Assembly: GCF_032062105.1 (NCBI RefSeq) | Contig: NW_026918357.1 | Span: 62,001-126,000, forward strand | DNA from: Saccostrea cucullata | Lineage: Eukaryota | Length of the DNA: 64,000 bases | Direction of reading: 5' to 3' | Part shown: positions 1-13,523 of the stretch, in pieces | How the letters are laid out: each line of letters opens with the position of its first letter | How positions within the stretch are numbered: the first letter of the stretch is position 1 | Made by a program: the position numbers and the translations under genes | The notes under the pieces: model-generated | Seen by the model: the letters and a program-made list of their open reading frames with translations, nothing else | What the model was told of the DNA's origin: nothing | The model's database searches: none

Positions 1-762
1 TGTACAAATATTAAAAGGGCGTCTCAATTTTCACATTTAAACTCAAAACCCTTATCCCAATATCAGTTTCCGTCCATCTTAAGGTATTCAATGTATAATG
101 AAGGAATTTTCGACGATTTTAGATAAAGATAAAAGTGAAATGAACCAAAATTCGCAAGACTAATAACATGTACAGAGACGGTCATTTTGCACATTGAAAG
201 TTTCTAAGAGTTATCTGGCCTTGATTAAAAAAAAAAATTAATTTATCTAAATTTCTTCGGTATAAAGTTCATTTTATATCATATTTTAATAAAGAAACAA
301 ACGCATATTTTCCCCAAGAGATAATACTTGGATTAGTTTGAAATTCACACTACTTCTTAAAATATCTTACAAAAACATATGCGCTGTCCATAGACTTGAA
401 TATTAAAATCAAAGTGCAATTAACTGGTTAGTAATCAACATGTAAATTCCTTGTTGGAACATTTTTGTTTTACAACATCTTCAAATTATGACTAAAATAT
501 TGCCGATTTGGTGTTGAACAATAATTAATTAATCAAAATATTTTGCTACCATGATTTAAAATATCGGACTATTCATTTCTTAGGTACAAAATATGGTCGT
601 TATACATTGAATAAACTTTAAACAAAGCTTTGCAGTTTTTAAATATTCAGTCAACTGAAGTTAAGACGCACTGATTTTTCACATTGGGGTTGCAATCCAC
701 TTGTATACAAAAGTGTTTTCAGAGGAAAATATTACGCAGATGGGAAGGTGGCAGTCGGGCGC

Positions 763-1243
763 CAGGGCTATGTATTGAGCAAAAAATTTAGATACGATAC
801 GATACAATAATTTTTTTTTTCTTAAGATATATGCGATATATTGGATTCTATAAAAAGTCAATCATAAAAGGCTTATAAATCATTTAACGTATGAATTTCA
901 AAAAAAATTAAGTGTTTCATTGTCATTACAACTTACACCTCAAATTAAAACTTTTAATGACTATCAAATCAAGACATTTAATGACTGTAAAATCAACATT
1001 TTAAATAAAAATTGTCTATGCTTTAGTAATAATTCTAAAAACTGTGTTATTGCCTTAAAAAGTTGAATGATTATTGAACAGATTTAATTCAAAAAAGTGA
1101 AATATGATCTTTGGTGATTGAAGTTCCCATCTTTTTAACAGAATTAGAAAAAAAAAATGCCTGTCCGATACGTATTGGAATTTAATTTTCGATACGATAT
1201 GTTTCTTGTATATTGATACGTATCGATAAATTGATAAAACCCT
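763..1243. mobile_element. Non-autonomous DNA transposon (hAT-like termini CAGGGC.. / ..ACCCTA) with subterminal GATAC repeats
   Basis: GATACGATACGATAC clusters near both ends and imperfect terminal inverted repeats. No clean TSD seen. Confidence 0.45.
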
Positions 1244-2052
1244 ACAGTCAGCAGCCTACAAATCTTACATAAGACCATTGTCGTAAATTTACCTTCTGTT
1301 TATATATTGTTTTATATTATGACACAACGCTGCAATTCAAATATTGCTTTGACATTTACTGAGTATTCCCACAAACTTTTATTACATATATGGTCACCAT
1401 ATTTTGCCTCAAAATAATTGATAAATTGCCTTGCAAATGCAGAATGACAGAAGTGTAGACATAGGATTAATAGTGCATGTGCTACATTTGTGGTAACTGG
1501 TAAGTAAGTTTAAGGGTCGTGGTGCATCAATCAGTTATCCACATATTAGGACGCATTGCAAGGGAGATAATGGAGTTCAATTTTCAGATTTGGGAAACAG
1601 AATTTTTATTTGTACTTTGAGAAATTATATCAATTGTGTAATTTTGTTTTGTGAACATTTCTGCGATGCTTGTCATGAGCCCCATTGTGTGCGAGTTGCA
1701 CATTAGTCATTTTCAATGCAATTTGCATTTATTTTAAAATTTCAATCTTAAGGCGCAATTTGTGCCTTTCACTTACCAATTTGGTTATTTGGTGCAATTT
1801 GTACCTAATGTGTGCACGATTTGTGCTTTTATTGTTGATTTGGGCGGCAAAATCGCCGCCCCAATTTTAGTTTGAGACGGATGGGTCATGCGACTATGTC
1901 CCTTGACCCATTTGGTTTAATACATATATTTTGGTGCGATTTGTACCTAATTTGTGCACGATTTGTGCTGTTGTTACTATGGGCCGCAAAATTGCCGCCC
2001 CAATTTTAGTTTGTGGCGGATGGGTCACGTGACTTTGTCCCTTGACCCATTT

Positions 2053-3904
2053 GGCATAATTTTGCAAAGAATGCTGTCTCCGGGGGGTACTGTTTTTTCC
2101 AGACTCCTTGGATCAAGGTGGTATTTCTCTTGCTCATCATCTATATTCATTTACCTATGCTGCCATATAATCATAATGATCGGCGCATACATAGTGTTAT
2201 ATCTAATTTATTATTAAATGGCAATGACAAGCACGCCAAAACAAATAAAGTCTTCTTTTTATTGACTGTATTTTCAGACTTCTTAAACCTTTTACTGGGG
2301 TTAATCTGATCAAGTGTATTTCTGTTATTGTCTTAGTCCAATGTCACGAAATAATGGGGTTTATCCAATATGGATAAACCTGGTTATTTCGTGCAGCTTA
2401 ATGTTTTACATGCAAAGATAGATAACTCTTAGTTTCTTAACATTGAACGTCATAAATCATCGGGCTCGGTGCTTAAAAAATTCTTGATAATTCTTGTCTG
2501 CGCATGTCTTCTAGAATATTCCTTTTGAATCTGTAAATTGAACGAAGCAGACGCAAAGATTTTTTAAAAACCCACCCTCCCTCCCCTTAATTGTATATTT
2601 TATCCCCCTTTAGCACCTCTGCCATTTTTTCTAATGCATTTGCATTATAACGGTTTTTTCCGGTTGTTTTTTTCGTTTTCTTTTAATTTCTCGTTTCAGC
2701 GTCATGGCATGGATCGAATCTTGAATATAGGATCCACCAGCTTGTTGATGTGCTTTGCGGACCTTCGATGTTGATGTGCTTTGCGGACCTTCAATATTCC
2801 AGTTGCGTGTGGCTATTGACTTTGTTAGGCATAATTTTGCAAAGAATGCTGTCTCCGGGGGGTACTGTTTTTTCCAGACTCCTTGGATCAAGGTGGTATT
2901 TCTCTTGCTCATCATCCATATTCATTTACCTATGCTGCCATATAATCATAATGATCGGCGCATACATTGTGTTATATCTAATTTATTATTAAATGGCAAT
3001 GACAAGCACGCCAAAACAAATAAAGTCTTCTTTTTATTGACTGTATTTTCAGACTTCTTAAACCTTTTACTGGGGTTAATCTGATCAAGTGTTTTTCTGT
3101 TATTGTCTTAGTCCAATGTCACGAAATAATGGGGTTTATCCAATATGGATAAACCTGGTTATTTCGTGCAGCTTAATGTTTTACATGCAAAGATAGATAA
3201 CTCTTAGTTTCTTAACATTGAACGTCATAAATCATCGGGCTCGGTGCTTAAAAAATTCTTGATAATTCTTGTCTGCGCATGTCTTCTAGAATATTCCTTT
3301 TGAATCTGTAAATTGAACGAAGCAGACGCAAAGATTTTTTAAAAACCCACCCTCCCTTCCCTTAATTTTATATTTTATCCCCCTTTAGCACCTCTGCCAT
3401 TTTTTCTAATGCATTTTCATTATAACGGCTTTTTCCGGTTGTTTTTTTCGTTTTCTTTTAATTTCTCGTTTCAGCGTCATGGCATGGATCGAATCTTGAG
3501 TATAGGATCCACCAGCTTGTTGATGTGCTTTGCGGACCTTCGATGTTGATGTGCTTTGCGGACCTTCAATATTCCAGTTGCGTGTGGCTATTGACTTTGT
3601 TAGGCATAATTTTGCAAAGAATGCTGTCTCCGGGGGGTACTGTTTTTTCCAGACTCCTTGGATCAAGGTGGTATTTCTCTTGCTCATCATCTATATTCAT
3701 TTACCTATGCTGCCATATAATCATAATGATCGGCGCATACATTGTGTTATATCTAATTTATTATTAAATGGCAATGACAAGCACGCCAAAACAAATAAAG
3801 TCTTCTTTTTATTGACTGTATTTTCAGACTTCTTAAACCTTTTACTGGGGTTAATCTGATCAAGTGTATTTCTGTTATTGTCTTAGTCCAATGTCACGAA
3901 ATAA
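2053..3904. repeat. 775-bp tandem array (about 2.4 copies, near-identical) of a TIR-bounded element with palindromic junctions
   Basis: ggcataattttgcaaagaatg recurs at 2053, 2828 and 3603. Units are bounded by TTATTTCGTG...CACGAAATAA and joined by a 29-bp spacer containing GGTTTATCCA-ATA-TGGATAAACC. The array stops exactly at CACGAAATAA (3904). Confidence 0.9.
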
Positions 3905-5464
3905 CATTATTATCTTGCATGTGAACATAAATATCTTGCAATGTCTACATAATTATCTTGCATGTTAACATCGGTATCTTTCATGTTAACATAATTTACT
4001 TGCATGTTCACATAAATAAGTCTCATGTCTACTTTATTAACTTGCATGTTGACATAAATATCATGCATGTCTACTTAATTATATCACATGTTCACATAAG
4101 TTGACCGCATCTTGTCATAATTATATTGCATCTTGCATCTACAATATTAATGTCAGATACGGTCTTATGATTTCAACCATATTAAAAATCAGATTCTCAA
4201 AAAACAAAATTGAAACTTGCATGTCGACGTAATTAACGTATCGCCAGCTGTCAATCATAACAAATTTTCAACCAATGAAATAATTTCGTTTATTCTGCCC
4301 GTTCAGTAAAAACTTGCTCCGCCATATGCTCCGACAAACACTCTCAGTGGGTTGAATGGTCGACAATAAACAAATTGAGCAAATTAGTCTATTATGGTTT
4401 AAAAATATTCAGTTGGGGAACGTGTAATACCGATGAAAGGTATCCCAAAAGAGAATTATGGATGTTTCGGGACTGCCATGCTTTGGGACGCCGACGTTTC
4501 AAGACCTGTCAACACATTTCGCATGATTTCGGGACTTGGGTTTACACGTTTTGGGACTTCTAAATATTTTGGTCAGAAAATAAAATAAAACTCGTTTACT
4601 TGTTTGTCATGTTTATATAAATGTATACTTTCTTAGTTTGATACGCAAAAAATTGGTATTTATAAATTCATGCACAGTATAAATGGTATACACAGTATCG
4701 AGATTCATTTGACAGACTGTCTTCTACTCTAGTTAAAAATATAAAAATAACTTGTGAATAATAGAATATCTGTAAATATCTACATATGATACCGGTAGAT
4801 AATTATGCTTAATCAGTCTCTAACACTTCTACATGTACGTTCGTGCATATTGTACCCTCAAAGTAATGGTCAAAATACATACACATTTTAAAAACGAACA
4901 TTACGATTTTTGAGTTTCTAATTTCACATTTATCGTGTTTATATTGTTGACTTGTGTCTGAAAGTTACCAGTTTTTATTACCAGTTATTATTGCATATGC
5001 AGGATTAAGTTTATGAACTTTTATTTTTCACTTGAAAAAATTAAATTCGATTTAATCTACCCATTAAAAATGATTATATTTTATCGCTAAAAATTAAATT
5101 TAAATTACCCCCCCCCTCAATACCAGCATTATTTAATTATTAAGAACACCATCACGTATTGGCAAAATATTGAATTTATTTAATAACTTTATTTTTTTAT
5201 ATAAAGACATACATTGTCATTACCGGAATTATAATCAATATCTTTAACGAATTAGTCCGACTTTGTTATTTGAGGGTTGTCCAGAAAAACACGAACTTTG
5301 TATATTAGATTTATATAATACCGGTATATATCTGACCAAAATTATTCAAAATCTTCATGCACTACTATCTATTATTGCTAAAAAGTGTGCACATTTTCCA
5401 CCAGAACTTAAAAGTAAAGAAGAAAGATTTTTTCAGAGTCGATATTATCGGAGCCCGAGAGATT

Positions 5465-5800
5465 TATGGAACGACCATTTGATTCGGGAAGGGGAGAGGG
5501 GCTTGCAATTTTTTTTTTCCGAGTCAGAGTCAGATTATTTATTGTCATGACGAATTATTTATTTCCAATGGCAGATTATTTATTCATTTATTCTCCGCTT
5601 CACTGAAAAAGTCGAACAAGCAAAAAAAAAGGGAAACACCGTCGACAACGTCGACAACCCAAGATTATTGGGGGGGGGGGGGGAGTTAGGGGGGCATATT
5701 ATTTATTTTCTTCCAGTTGTGGAAAGTTCATTTATTTCCAAACTGACTCAACTCCTTTATTAGCCAGACATCATATTCAGAATCAAATGATCGCCTCCTT
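5465..5800. mobile_element. MITE
   Basis: Imperfect TIR GGAACGACCATTTGATTC ... GAATCAAATGATCGCCTCC with TA flanks. Confidence 0.55.
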
Positions 5801-6051
5801 ATAGATAGAAACTAAAAGCATGTCTTAGTTGACAATGTCGGAATGGTTTTGTATATTATTGCTGATTTAATAAAATTATAACATTACAAATTGAATTCAA
5901 AGTCGTTGTTGTAATTTATCATTTACCCAGATTTGCAGTCACAATGTCCTTCTGTCTTCGTCGACATAGATGATTACAGTATGAGGGATTTCGAACTTTA
6001 TCATGCTTCGATAAATTTCCGAGAAAGGGATAATACGGAATCATTTTTGAA

Positions 6052-6270
6052 TACCGCAAATCAGGAAATTTTTACGTCGATTCTATTTTGCGAATTCGGG
6101 TCAAAATGCTGTTGATTAATTTTTACGCTTCAAAATTTTGCGAATGACCACTACTTTGTTAACATTTTCTTATTGGTGATTTATTTTTAAGAAAAATATT
6201 TTTGCGAATGCAATGAACTCGCAAATTTGCTAAAAATTTATCTACAGCAAATATTTCCAGATTTACGGTA
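6052..6270. mobile_element. MITE (Tc1/mariner-type TA target)
   Basis: TIR TACCGCAAATCAGGAAATTTT ... AAATATTTCCAGATTTACGGTA. Confidence 0.7.
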
Positions 6271-6872
6271 TTTCAAGTGAATGAAATGTATGAAAGATTT
6301 TGTAAAAGCATTTGCCCTTTGTTTTGTCTCAAAGTGGGTTCGAATGGCAAATATTTTGCAGCAAATCATCAGGAACTTCGGTCAAATCAACCGGCGTCGA
6401 CTTATACTGATTTACTCCCTATGTTGATGATGTCGGAGCACCGTAGGAGTTATCTCCCATAGCGCGATGGGCGGAGTTTGGCGATACGTTAATTATTTTG
6501 CACGTAGACATACATGTAATTACCTTGCATGTTGACATGTTTTTCTTGCATGTTAAAATAATTTATCTTGCATGTAGGGGGCAGAACTATTTCATTGTAT
6601 TTGTAATCAATGGCAGAGTAGTAAAATGTTTGGCATGGTCCTAAAACCGCATCTAAGGAGAATACAACGCAATTAATACAAGAGAAAGAATGAAAACCTC
6701 TAGATAAACTTTCTTAGATGTGCGGTTTAAAATTTTATGCATACAAGTTGTTTCATAATTTAGGGACATATTTTTAACAGGGCACTGAGACAATAATGAT
6801 TATGTATGATCGAGATGGTCAAGAAATGTTTGAAAATAAATGCCATGGGATAGTAAAACCAAAATTACTTAC

Positions 6873-7042
6873 TCTGGGTATATCCCACTGTTATTTCATT
6901 GGTAACTGTCGTTTTGCAGGCTAAACATGCTAGGAATTCATTTCTACATAGACATCGATTCCTATCGTTAGAATGTTCATCATATGGTTTAATCTGTAAT
7001 ATAAATGATTGATTGATTGATTATATATTGTTTAACGTCCCT

Positions 7043-7076
<34 letters not shown>

Positions 7077-10000
7077 GTATGCTGGTGAAGGGCTTCAAAT
7101 TTTGACCTTTACTCGGCACTCAGGGCCATTGAACTGTGAGGGATCTTTATCGTGCCAACGCCTGCCGCTGACACGGGACCTCGGTTTTTAAGGTCTCATC
7201 CGAAGGACCTGCAACTTTCACTTCAAAGTGCCGAGCGCATGGCGAAGGAACAGTTGCTTCCAATTTTAACGACTAGGTCGGTCGCGGCCGAGATGCGAAC
7301 TCACGACCTCCCGATCACGGAGCGAGCGCTCTACCGACTGAGCTACCGTGAACGGTGTAATATAAATGAAAGATTTTCAATCTGAAAGAATATGATCTTC
7401 ATTGTTCTTTTTTTTTTTTTTGCCTTTATAAGTCTTCAAGTTTTAATCCATTTTCTTACTTGAACCTTTTCTTCACTAAAGCGTTATTTGCCTTTCATCA
7501 ACATATCTACATGTCATAAATTGCAACATCACCTACCTTTATCACATATTGTCCAGGCGAAAGTCTTGTAAACACGTGGTGCGGCTTCTAATAAGGAAAA
7601 CGATATCATTTTGCAGGATCTTATTTTACAACTGTCAGAATGTAAAAAAAAAAATTATAGTAAGCCTTACTTCCTTTGGCATGTTGCGAATTATGATTGG
7701 TTTGGAATCATTAACGTTTTCTAGGCTGACAGTGTACTCATTAAATTTGTACTCCGGGGGTCCCAAAGCAAAACTCATCTCCAGGTTATTGAAAGGTCCA
7801 GAACTGTTTGTGGTGGTCTTATAAAATATTGTGGTTACCCACTGACTTGGTGGTATTACATCGCTACCTGTATTGAATTTAAAGGTAGAAACTGTAAATT
7901 TGAAATAAAAAAGTATGTAATTCATATTCATAGGTATTGGAACCGAGGGGGAGGGGGTTAATCCCCAGTGTTTTTTTTTAAATAGAAATAATTCAGGCAT
8001 TAAATTTGGGGCTTACCTTTTTTGTTGGTATAACCTCCCCCCCCCTTCACTCCCCCGGACTTTCAATCATATAAAATGTATTTTAGAGGATCTTTGTTTT
8101 CATTTTACTAATGGTAATCCAACTTATACTCAAAGCTCCCTTTTTTAAGAGGAAATTCTTCAAAATCATGTCAGTTTGAATATTTTTGATATTCCAAACA
8201 ACCAATATAAATTTGATTATCATATCTACGTTGGATACTGATACTTCATAAAAGTCATTACAAACAGAGATACATTTATGCTATTATTTACACACTGAAT
8301 TGTCCATGGATTTTTTTCCGATTTTTTTGTTGTTTTTATTTCCGGATCATAACGGTGTGGCCAGCGGGTAGGGTATGTGTACTGCTTCATGGCACCTGAT
8401 CTCACTTCTGATATTTCAGAAAAGTCCGTGTTTGCTACGCTCCTATTTTGAAATGTTCAATGGACTTTCGAGCTGGAGTCCTGTGCATTATCTCATCTCC
8501 ACATGTTTCATATATGTCGTACTTACATGATTATTGTCCAAAATAAAAAAAGCTATGTTTGTATTGTCATATTTAAAAAAAACATATTTAATAGAAATAA
8601 AATATACCGCATCCTCCATTCGGTACACAGACGCCATACTCCCCGTTTTGGACGTTTTCGGTTACGTTGAGGTATCGATCGTACTGCGCAGGTGCAGGGG
8701 GAAGACTCCTACTGACCAGAAAAACAATGGGAGGATTTGCTGTGGCCATGGGCCAGATCTCAGTCCAAAAACCAGTCTAAAGTTTAATGCAAGCTTTTCT
8801 TAGAAAAACAACGTCACTAAAATCCTATGAACTTATTAAAATCAAAAAGTTTAGCAAAAGTTTCTTTTTTGAAACCATTTCTGTTAAAATGCAAAACAAA
8901 ACATAAACAATTATTTTGATTTTTTGTTACATAATATTTTTGCAATACCTGTGTAACATGCTTTATACCAAGTTTTCAATTTAAAATATATGTTACAGAC
9001 AGAATTACAAGCAATCTTTATCGCTGCACCAATAAACATTTTATATTAATGAAAGATCTTTAAGTTTCTACTTGCCTGAACCACATCATTGTATGTCAAA
9101 TTCTGTGCGGATAAGTCAAATATCAAACAGCCATATTTCACATCTCTATTATATGTGAAGATAAGTTCGAAACCTTTCACAACATCAAAGCTTCCTGAAA
9201 ATTCAAACAGAATATTAATCATATTAAATTGATCACAAGACACGATTTAGCTCTGTAGCTCTCTGGCTGAACTTGGAACTGTAGCTCTCTGGCTGAAAAT
9301 TTAAGATAGGACAAAAACAGATCCAATCATTGAAACCTTCGATTTATGGCGAGCCGACGCTTTTTTGTTGTTGACACTATGGGCATTGTGCGTTCCTCCC
9401 TTTCAATCATAATATCTATTGATTAAACATATATTTTACTCCTATTCAATTTACCTTTCATAAGTGACCAAGACGTGCTATTTCAATGTTAACTAGTGCT
9501 AATTGTAACGGGGACCGTTACAGATGTTCCCCAAACGCTCCCCAACTACCTTTTGGTGCCATATTCCCTGTAAGCTTCATTAAATAAGACAAACTCTATG
9601 CATCTGAGATTTTAACAACATTTACAAAGAAGTGTACAAAAATCATTTAAACTTTAGCATTGCACGCGTGCACATGTGAATGCATTTGCGTCATGACCAT
9701 ATCATATTGTCTACACAATCTATATTTTTAATACACTGAATATTAAAGTATTTAATCCAAAATTATTTAAAAAATACACTCATTCAAGTGTATGTTTGAT
9801 TTTACTCATTTCACGTGCACGCACATGTATACATGAGCATGGTGACCATACCTTCTTGTAGAAGTCCATTACATCTATCTATGTTCTACATTCCACCCCG
9901 TTTGGGTGAAAACTAAGGGAGTTATAGCTGTTTAAACTTTCAGCCAATCAGATTGCAGCACATGTACACGCATGTGTATGCATGTGCATGGTGACCATAC

Positions 10001-13000
10001 CTACTTGTAGAAGTCCATTATATCTATCTATGTTCCAAATCCCATCCTGTTTGGTTGAAAACCAAGGGAGTTATAGCTGTTTAAAGTTTCAGCCAATCAG
10101 ATTGCAACGCACGTGCATGCACGTGTTTTCATGATAATTGCTTTATTTCATTATGTAGGATATCCTAATGCATGGCTATGTTCAAAATTTCAAAGGATTT
10201 CGTCAAACAACAAGAAAGATATTGAGACTTTAGTTGCAGCCAATCAGAGCGAAGTGCACGTGCATGCGCGTGAGATCTTGCTATTTTCACCATGTCGTCA
10301 TGTCTATACTACTAATATATCCTCACATTATGAGTTTCAAAGCATTTCATCTAAAAATAGAACAGTTGTGGCTATATCTACTATATTGGTCATTTCACGT
10401 GTTGCACGTGCACGTTCTTGCAAGCACGTGCGCGCAAAATGACCTTGATTCCGCAAATCTACATAACATGTCTACTAACCCTAAAAAGGTTTTACCTACA
10501 TCGGACGAACAGTTTACAAGATCATTCCCGGACAAAAAAGTTCCAGGAAGAAGAAGAAAAACTAGTGCTAATTGTAACGGGGACCGTTACAGATGTTCCC
10601 CAAACGCTCCCCAACTCCCTTCTGGTGTCATATTCCCTTTAAGCTTCATTAAATAAGACAGACTCTATGCATCTGAGATTTTAACAACATTTACAAAGAA
10701 GTGTACAAAAATCATTTAAACTTTAGCATTGCACGCGTGAACATGTGAATGCATTTGCGTCATGTCTACACAATCTATATTTTTAATACACTGAATATTA
10801 AAGTATTTAATCCAAAATTATTTAAAAAATACGCTCATTCAAGTGTATGTTTGATTTTACTCATTTCACGTGCACGCACGTGCATACATGAGCATGGTGA
10901 CTACTTTCTTGTAGAAGTCCATTACATCTATCTATGTTCTAAATTCCACCCCGTTAGGGTGAAAACTAAGGGAGTTATAGCTGTTTAAAGTTTCAGCCAA
11001 TCAGATTGCAGCACATGTACACGCACGTGTATGCATGTGCATGGTGACCATACCTACTTGTAGAAGTCCATTATATCTATCTATATTCCAAATCCCATCT
11101 TGTTTGGTTGAAAACCAAGGGAGTTATAGCTGTTTAAAGTTTCAGCCAATCAGATTGCAGCGCACGTGCATGCACGTGTTTTCATGATAATTGCTTTATT
11201 TCATGTTGTAGGATATCCTAATGCATGACTATGTTCAAAATTACAAAGGATTTCGTCAAAAAACAAGAAAGATATTGACACTTTAGTTGCAGCCAATCAG
11301 AGCGAAGTGCACGAGCATGCGCGTGAGATCTTGCTATTTTCACCATGTCGTCATGTCTATACTACTAATATATCCTCACATTATGAGTTTCAAAGCATTT
11401 CATCTAAAAAAAGAAAAGTTGTGGCTATATCTATTATATTGGTCATTTCACGTGTTGCACGTGCACGCTCTTGCAAGCACGTGCGCGCAAAATGACCTTG
11501 ATTCCGCAAATCTACATAACATGTCTACTAACCCTAAAAAGGTTTTACCTACATCGGAGGAACAGTTTACAAGATCATTCCCGGACAAAAAAGTTCCAGG
11601 GAGAAGAAGAAGAAGAAGAAGAAGAAGAAGAAGAAGAAGAAAAATAATAATAACTAGAGCAAAGCTCGTTGCAAAGCAACGAGTAGGTCTTCCGTCCGGT
11701 TTTGACCGGAAGTGCCGGAAGTGACACAACAAAAGAAAGCAAGGAGCTTAAAAGTCTCCAGTGACTTTATAATTTCAATTTTGCATCAAAACCTTCAAAA
11801 TAAGCCATTTTTTGCTACTTCCGGTTTGACCGGAAGTGACGACGACGGACGGAAAAATTACTTTTTATGCTTCCAGAGACATATGTAACCTCAAAACTTG
11901 TCAAGAACGGCAAAAAAAAACGCGTTTTCCGGCTACTTCCGGTTTGGCCGGAAGTGACGACGCCAGACGTATTTTGACGACGACAGTAGATTAAGCTTGA
12001 CATTTTGAACAACTTTGCTTCTTTGACCTCTTACAAATTCTTAATACTTTTTGACTTATGAAAGAAAAACTTTCGGCCCCTCTAGGCCCTTAAATTTAGG
12101 GGCCAGCCCTTTTTCTAACCTATCATTTGAAAGATCGTGAAATTTTACATTTCTTTTGTTCTATATGTTTTAACAAAATGTTTACAGGTAAAAAGATATC
12201 GTAGAAAAGGTGTATTAAATTTTGAAATTTGCGACTTGTCATTTTTCGAGCCATAGCCAGCGCCGACGTACTGTACTTCCGGTAAAAACGAAAGACGTTA
12301 CGCATATCTGTAGACTTTGGTCTATCATACCTGAAAGTTTCATGTTTCTATCTAGAGCCATTATTGAGAAAGTCTGGAGACAACCTGACCCTTTAAAATT
12401 CATAAAATCGGCAATATTTCCAAACCGGAAGTGACGTCATCAAAACGGAAAAAAATGCATAAGGTTCAAGTAATGTTACATAAGTCCTGAAAGTTTCGTT
12501 GAAATCCATCGAGCCGTTTTCGAGAAATCGCGTGCACAAAATCGGTAAGAAAAAAAAGAATAATAATAATAATAACTAGAGCAAAGCTCGTTGCCAAGCA
12601 ACGAGTAGGTCTTCCGTCCGGTTTTGACCGGAAGTGCCGGAAGTGACAGAACAAAACAAAACAATGAGCTAAAAAGTCTCCAGTGACTTTATAATTTCAT
12701 TTTTGCATCAGAACCTTCAAAAGAAGCCATTTTTTGCTACTTCCGGTTTGACCGGAAGTGACGACGACGAACGGAAAAATTACCTTTTATGCTTCCAGAG
12801 ACATGTGTAACTACAAAACTTGTCAAGAACGGCAAAAAAACGCGTTTTCCGACTACTTCCGGTTTGGCCGGAAGTGACGACGCCGGACGTATTTTGACGA
12901 CGCCAATAGATTAAGCTTGACATTTTGAACAACTTTGCTTCTTGACCTCTTACAAATTCTTAATACTTTTTGACTTATGAAAGAAAAACTTTCGGCCCTC

Positions 13001-13490
13001 CAGGCCCTTAAATTTAGGGGCCAGCCCTTTTTTTAAGATATCATTTGAAAGATCTTGAAATTTTACACTTCTTTTGTTCAATATGTTTAAACAAAACGTT
13101 TACAGGTAAAAAGATATCGTAGAAAAGGTGTTAAAAATTTTGAAATTTGCGATTTGTCATTTTTCGAGCCATAGCAGCGCCGACGTACTGCACTTCCGGA
13201 AAAACGAAAGACGTTACGCATATTTATAGACTTTGCTCTATCATACCTAAAAGTTTCATGTTTCTATCTAGAGCCATTATTGAGAAAGTCTGGAGACAAC
13301 CTGACCCTTTAAAATTCATAAAATCGGCAATATTTCCAAACCGGAAGTGACGTCATCAAAACGGAAAAAAATGCATAAGGTTCAAGTAATGTTACATAAG
13401 TCCTGAAAGTTTCGTTGAAATCCATTGAGCCGTTTTCGAGAAATCGCGTGCACAAAATCGGTAAGAAAAAAAAGAATAATAACTAGATGA

Positions 13491-13523
<33 letters not shown>

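Larger units (their letters stand above)
3905..6590. mobile_element. Degenerate non-autonomous DNA transposon with ~21-bp subterminal repeats (TTGCATGTTRACATAATT) at both ends
   Basis: Repeats at 3905-4130 and 6490-6575. Right end AGGGGGCAGAA. Hosts two MITEs. Confidence 0.5.

Noticed and set aside
1954-3859. Repeated 63-109-aa ORFs
   Set aside because: They recur only because of the 775-bp array. No domain signature or splice context.
5669-5695. Poly-G run / G-quadruplex potential
   Set aside because: Homopolymer inside a MITE. Similar runs occur elsewhere in the window with no functional context.
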